Assembly: GCA_035566915.1 (NCBI GenBank)
Contig: DATMPW010000073.1
Coordinates: 20,440-84,439 of the forward strand
Reading direction: 5' to 3'
Source: Steroidobacteraceae bacterium
Lineage (GTDB): Bacteria > Pseudomonadota > Gammaproteobacteria > Steroidobacterales > Steroidobacteraceae
Length of the DNA: 64,000 bases
Shown: positions 59,842 through 64,000 of the stretch, one piece after another
Position numbering within the stretch: the stretch's first letter is position 1
How the letters are laid out: each line of letters begins with the position of its first letter
Translations under genes and position numbers: made by a program
The notes under the pieces: model-generated
What the model saw: the letters and a program-made list of their open reading frames with translations, nothing else
Told to the model about the DNA's origin: nothing
Databases searched by the model: none

Positions 59842-61200
59842 TCACGCCCGGCCGAAGACGCGGTTGAGCTGCGCGCAGTGGCGCGTGAGCTCCGCGGTCA
59901 GCGCACCGGGTGGCAAACGCCACAGCCAGTTGCCGCGGGTAGTCCCGGGAGTATTGATGCGCGCTTGCGTACCGAGACCGAGCAGATCCTGCAGCGGAAT
60001 GATCGCGAGCTCCCCGACCGAGCCGAGCGCGGCCCGTGTCAGCGCCTCGGGCATCGCCCCCGGTGTCACACACAGGTACAAGTCCACCCGCTCACGGGTG
60101 TCTGCATCGAGCGAAGCGTACCAGCCGAGTGTCGTGTCGTTGTCGTGCGTGCCGGTGTAGACCACGCACTCGCGCACGTGCCGGTAGGGCACGTGCACAT
60201 TGTCGGGTGAGCCGTCGAAACCGAACTGCAGCACGCGCATCCCGGGGAGGCCGAAGCCGTTCTTGAGGGCGAGCACGTCCTCGGTGATCACTCCGAGGTC
60301 CTCCGCGACCAGGGGCATGTCCGGAAACGCCTCGCGGATCCGGTGCAGCAGATGCTCACCGGGAGTGCTGAGCCAGGCACCGCTGCGTGCATCGGGCGCG
60401 CTCGCGGGGATGGCCCAGTAAGCCGCGAGCGCCCGGAAGTGATCGATGCGCAGCAGATCCAGGCGCGCGAGCTGCGCGCGCACCCGCGCAAGCCACCACG
60501 CAAAGTCGGTGTGCTGGAGCGCCTGCCAGTCGTACACCGGGTTGCCCCACAACTGCCCGAGCTCGGAGAAGTAATCCGGTGGCACACCTCCGACCGCTGC
60601 AGGCTCTCCGCTCGGTGTGAGCTGGAACAGGCCCCGATGCGCCCAGGTCTCGACCGAGGAGGGTCCGACGTAGAAGGGAAGATCTCCGAACAGCCGCACG
60701 TCGCGACTGCGCGCGTACTCGCGCAGCCGCTTCCATTGCACGTAGAAGGCATACTGCTCGCGCTCGATGCGGTCGACTTCGGGCGCGAGCTGGCGCCGCG
60801 CCTCCTCGAGGGCATTGGGATCGCGATCGCGCAGGTGTACCGGCCAGTGCCAGAACGGAGCGCCACCATGCGCGTGGCTGAGTGCTTCGAACAGCGCGTA
60901 GTCGCGCAGCCAGGGGCTGGAGAGTGCGAGGAACTCCGCACCGATCGGCGCGTGCGGGTCGGGCAGCTCCCTCGGGTCGAGGAGCGCGCAGTCACCGGCA
61001 AAATCCGAGCGCACCCAGTAGGGTGAGCGGTCCGGGCCGACGGGCCCGACCGGCAGTATCTGCCATACCGTGAATCCTGCGTCCGCGAGCCAGTCGATGA
61101 ATGCGCGGCCACCGCGTCCGAGCGCGGCATCGAGCGCCGACATCGGCAGCAGCACACCGGCGCGGCGCCGGTCGAATACGGGCAGTCTCGCGCTCACCAT
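59842..61200 (-). CDS. malQ: 4-alpha-glucanotransferase (amylomaltase, GH77)
   Basis: The blocks are GVLLPMSAL, WQILPVGP...SPY, LRIDHFRAL, WGNPVYDW, PLVAEDLGVIT and YTGTHDNDT. Confidence 0.9.
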   Translation of the reverse strand: MVSARLPVFDRRRAGVLLPMSALDAALGRGGRAFIDWLADAGFTVWQILPVGPVGPDRSPYWVRSDFAGDCALLDPRELPDPHAPIGAEFLALSSPWLRDYALFEALSHAHGGAPFWHWPVHLRDRDPNALEEARRQLAPEVDRIEREQYAFYVQWKRLREYARSRDVRLFGDLPFYVGPSSVETWAHRGLFQLTPSGEPAAVGGVPPDYFSELGQLWGNPVYDWQALQHTDFAWWLARVRAQLARLDLLRIDHFRALAAYWAIPASAPDARSGAWLSTPGEHLLHRIREAFPDMPLVAEDLGVITEDVLALKNGFGLPGMRVLQFGFDGSPDNVHVPYRHVRECVVYTGTHDNDTTLGWYASLDADTRERVDLYLCVTPGAMPEALTRAALGSVGELAIIPLQDLLGLGTQARINTPGTTRGNWLWRLPPGALTAELTRHCAQLNRVFGRA

Positions 61201-61230
61201 GACCGATGGCTCTTTCGGGGCTGGCCGCCC

Positions 61231-62931
61231 TCAGGCACTGGCACGCCGCATGACCCCACCGTGCTCGGGCGCGCCGCTCCCACTCGCGATGGAGAGCGCG
61301 AGCACCTCAGGCGGTGCCTGCTCCAGCCGCCGGTAGAGCGCAAGCAGCTGACGACGGTACAGGCGGTCGAACTGGCTCACGGAATCGGCGGGGTTGTAGT
61401 CACCGAACCACCAGAACCAGTCCGAGCTCTCGCACAGGGCAAGTTGCCGGCCGGCGGCAGCCCGCTGGGCGGAATCGGTCGTCTCACGCATGACGCGGTC
61501 ATAGGCCTCCTTGGCATCGCACAACAGGTCCCAGGCGCGGTTCTTCGCGGCATCGCCGATCCAGGTCGCGAGCGTCCCGTGCACCCAGCTGCCTGCACAC
61601 AGCCGTGGGAGTGGTGCCGGCTGGATGCCACGCGCCAGGCAGTCCGAGAGAGTGGTGAGCTCGAGGCGCGGATGGTCGGCGAGCTGAGAATAGAGTGCGC
61701 GCATGAAATAGTAACCGTTGAAGGGGTAATGCTCCCATGCATTCTCGCCATCGAGTGCGATCAGCACCGCGCGATTGCCGTCCTGCTCGTAGTCGCGCGC
61801 GAGCTGCTGCAACTCGTTCACGAGGTTGGCCGCGGCGTCATCGCCGTGCCAGGTGGCGTAGGTGAAGCCGATGAGATCCGAGAGCGCGTCGTCGCGGAAG
61901 AAGCAGCTCATCCCGGTGCCGCCAAGCCGATACGGGCGGTTGTAGGCCTGCGGGTCCTGTGCCGCGTCGGGGTCGCCGAGCGCGAGGCTGTTGCGCAGCA
62001 CCCCCGCACTGCTCGCCGCCCAGCGGAAGCCACCGGCGCTCGCGAGCAGCTCGAGCGTTGCGGCGCTGATCGCGCCCTCGGCCGGCCAGCACCCAAGGGG
62101 CGCGGTGCCGAAGGCACGTGTGAACACGCGTATGGCTTCCTCGATGTGCCAGCTGGCGCGCGCGGGTCCCCCGGGATAGGCCGCATGCCGCGGCAGCGTC
62201 ATACCCGGCACCGCATCGCGGGCACACCGGAAGTCGAGCAGCAGTGGGATGATCGGGTGCCCGTAGGGCGTGACCGACAGCTCGCACTGGCCACGCTCGG
62301 CGAGCTGCCGGTAGCGCGGAATGACCCGACCGACCAGCTGCCCGATCAGCTCGAGGAGCGCCCGCCGCTCGGAGAGGGTGAAGTCACGCCCCTGTTGAGT
62401 GAGATGCGCAATGAGCGGATCGGTGCGGCGCACGGTCTCGCCGAGCCAGGCGAGGTGGTACCAGACGGCAAGATCGTGGATAAACTGATCCGAAGCGTAG
62501 CTCACGCGCTCGGGCGTGCCGAGCGTCTCGGCGATGGTCGCGAGCTCGAGATAGGGTCCGAAGCGCTCGATCATCTGCATGCGCTGGGCGCGCAGGCAGC
62601 CGCGCAACAGCTCGAGCCGCGCGGCCGGATCGGTCGGCACACTCTCGGGTCCGAGCAGCGCCAGGATCGGATCGGGCAGCGCGCTGCCGCTCTCGAGGTG
62701 CGCGGCGATGTGGGCGGCGATCTCCTCGAGCTGCTCGATCAGCAGCGGGGTGAAGTTGACGACGCAGCGGGCCTCACGGTTGCCCTCGAGGTGGGCCGCC
62801 ATGTCGGTGTAGTCCTTGATGGCGTGCAGGTATGTCCACGGCAGCGCGTAGCGCCCCGTGAGGGCATCACGGTACTGTGGCTGGTGCATGTGCCACAGCA
62901 GGATCACCGGCAGGCGCGGCGCCGCGCTCAT
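61231..62931 (-). CDS. glycoside hydrolase family 57 protein (alpha-glucan branching/amylase-like)
   Basis: The N-terminus LLWHMHQPQY plus the DGENAWEHY block is characteristic of GH57. The gene sits between malQ and glgC. Confidence 0.85.
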   Translation of the reverse strand: MSAAPRLPVILLWHMHQPQYRDALTGRYALPWTYLHAIKDYTDMAAHLEGNREARCVVNFTPLLIEQLEEIAAHIAAHLESGSALPDPILALLGPESVPTDPAARLELLRGCLRAQRMQMIERFGPYLELATIAETLGTPERVSYASDQFIHDLAVWYHLAWLGETVRRTDPLIAHLTQQGRDFTLSERRALLELIGQLVGRVIPRYRQLAERGQCELSVTPYGHPIIPLLLDFRCARDAVPGMTLPRHAAYPGGPARASWHIEEAIRVFTRAFGTAPLGCWPAEGAISAATLELLASAGGFRWAASSAGVLRNSLALGDPDAAQDPQAYNRPYRLGGTGMSCFFRDDALSDLIGFTYATWHGDDAAANLVNELQQLARDYEQDGNRAVLIALDGENAWEHYPFNGYYFMRALYSQLADHPRLELTTLSDCLARGIQPAPLPRLCAGSWVHGTLATWIGDAAKNRAWDLLCDAKEAYDRVMRETTDSAQRAAAGRQLALCESSDWFWWFGDYNPADSVSQFDRLYRRQLLALYRRLEQAPPEVLALSIASGSGAPEHGGVMRRASA

Positions 62932-64000
62932 CGTGTGGCGCCGCGCAGTGCGCGCAGCATATCGGGGGTGACGAGCACCACGCCTTTCTCGCTCACGTGA
63001 AAGCGACGCGCGTCCGCATCGCGGTCGACACCGATGGTGGTGGCGTCGGGGATCTCGCCACCCTCATCGACGATGGCGCCCCGAATGACGCAGTCACGGC
63101 CGATCTCCGCGTTCGGCAGGATGACCGAGCGGTGGATGTTGCTGCGCTCCTCGACGCGCACGTTGGAGAACAGCAGTGATTCGCGCACCACCGCGCCGGA
63201 GATGATGCAGCCGCCGGACACCATGGAATTGATGGCGGCACCGCGGCGGCCCTCCTCGTCGAGCACGAACTTCGCCGGCGGCTGCTGTACCTGGTAGGTC
63301 CAGATGGGCCAGTCCTCGTCGTAGATGTTGAGCTCGGGGCGCACGTGCACGAGTTCGAGGTTGGCATCGTAGTAGGCATCGATGGTACCGACGTCGCGCC
63401 AGTAACTCTGTGCCCGCGTCTTCACGTCCTGGAAAGGGTAGGCGAACACCTGGCGGTTGGAATCGATCGCCTGCGGGAGGACGTTCTTGCCGAAGTCGTG
63501 TCCGGAGGACTCGTTGGCGGCGTCGGCGGCCAGCACGGTTTCCAGCAGGCGCGTATTGAAGACGTAGATGCCCATCGAGGCGAGAATGGTGTCGGGACGA
63601 GCGGGCAGCGTGTCGGGAGTCGTCGGCTTCTCCGCGAACTTGGTGACGCGGTTCCACTCGGTGGCGGTCAGTACCCCGTAGTGGCGCGACTCCTGCGCCG
63701 GCACCTCCACCACACCGACGGTGATGTCGGCGCCTTTCTCCACGTGATAGGCGATCATCGGGCCGTAGTCCATCTTGTAGATGTGATCCCCGGCGAGCAC
63801 CAGCACGTGCTTGGGCCGGTGGTTGAGGATCAGCTCGATGTTCTGATGCACGGCGTCCGCGGTGCCGCGGTACCAGACCGGACCGAGCTGCTGCTGTGCC
63901 GGCACCACCTCGATGAACTCGCCAAACTCGCCCCGCAGGTAGCTCCAGCCGTGCTGCACGTGCTGAATCAGCGACTGTGCCTTGTACTGCGTGAGGATGG
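62928..64000 (-). CDS. glgC: glucose-1-phosphate adenylyltransferase (N-terminus outside the window)
   Basis: WYRGTADAV, VLVLAGDHIYKMDY, FAEKP and the C-terminal left-handed beta-helix are present. The frame stays open to the window edge. Confidence 0.92.
   Translation of the reverse strand, partial: ILTQYKAQSLIQHVQHGWSYLRGEFGEFIEVVPAQQQLGPVWYRGTADAVHQNIELILNHRPKHVLVLAGDHIYKMDYGPMIAYHVEKGADITVGVVEVPAQESRHYGVLTATEWNRVTKFAEKPTTPDTLPARPDTILASMGIYVFNTRLLETVLAADAANESSGHDFGKNVLPQAIDSNRQVFAYPFQDVKTRAQSYWRDVGTIDAYYDANLELVHVRPELNIYDEDWPIWTYQVQQPPAKFVLDEEGRRGAAINSMVSGGCIISGAVVRESLLFSNVRVEERSNIHRSVILPNAEIGRDCVIRGAIVDEGGEIPDATTIGVDRDADARRFHVSEKGVVLVTPDMLRALRGATR

Overview
This is a GC-rich (about two-thirds G+C by eye) proteobacterial chromosomal segment, densely packed with roughly 57 protein-coding genes. 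I saw no rRNA, tRNA, CRISPR array, IS element, integrase or prophage block. All product calls come from reading motifs in the supplied translations, with no database search. The gene order prmA, DUF3426, dusB, fis, purH, purD, together with rhlB, trxA and rho, is the arrangement I know from Gammaproteobacteria (Pseudomonas- and enterobacteria-like). Most of the window is housekeeping: purine synthesis, Rho/thioredoxin/RhlB, PlsB, GreB, TtcA, polyamine genes (speA, homospermidine synthase) and a glycogen cluster (glgA, malQ, GH57, glgC). Many long ORFs in the six-frame track are antisense or out-of-frame artefacts of the high GC content and were discarded. The items most worth follow-up are listed here. 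(1) An orphan contractile-tail-sheath (Afp/PVC-type) homologue sits with no tube, baseplate or other tail genes nearby, downstream of an L,D-transpeptidase and a tiny ORF. (2) One protein fuses a CX5R phosphatase domain to an ADP-ribosylglycohydrolase domain. (3) An ATP-grasp ligase and an HExxH metallopeptidase are translationally coupled, with a CpcT-like lipoprotein following. (4) A tight two-gene operon of unrecognisable helical proteins faces a third unknown gene. (5) A possible N/G/R-rich N-terminal extension of Rho starts in a GTGA overlap with the trxA stop codon. (6) A perfect 48-bp direct duplication covers the 3' end of an S9 peptidase gene. (7) The poorly understood DUF1302, DUF1329, YCF48-like and RND four-gene cluster is present.
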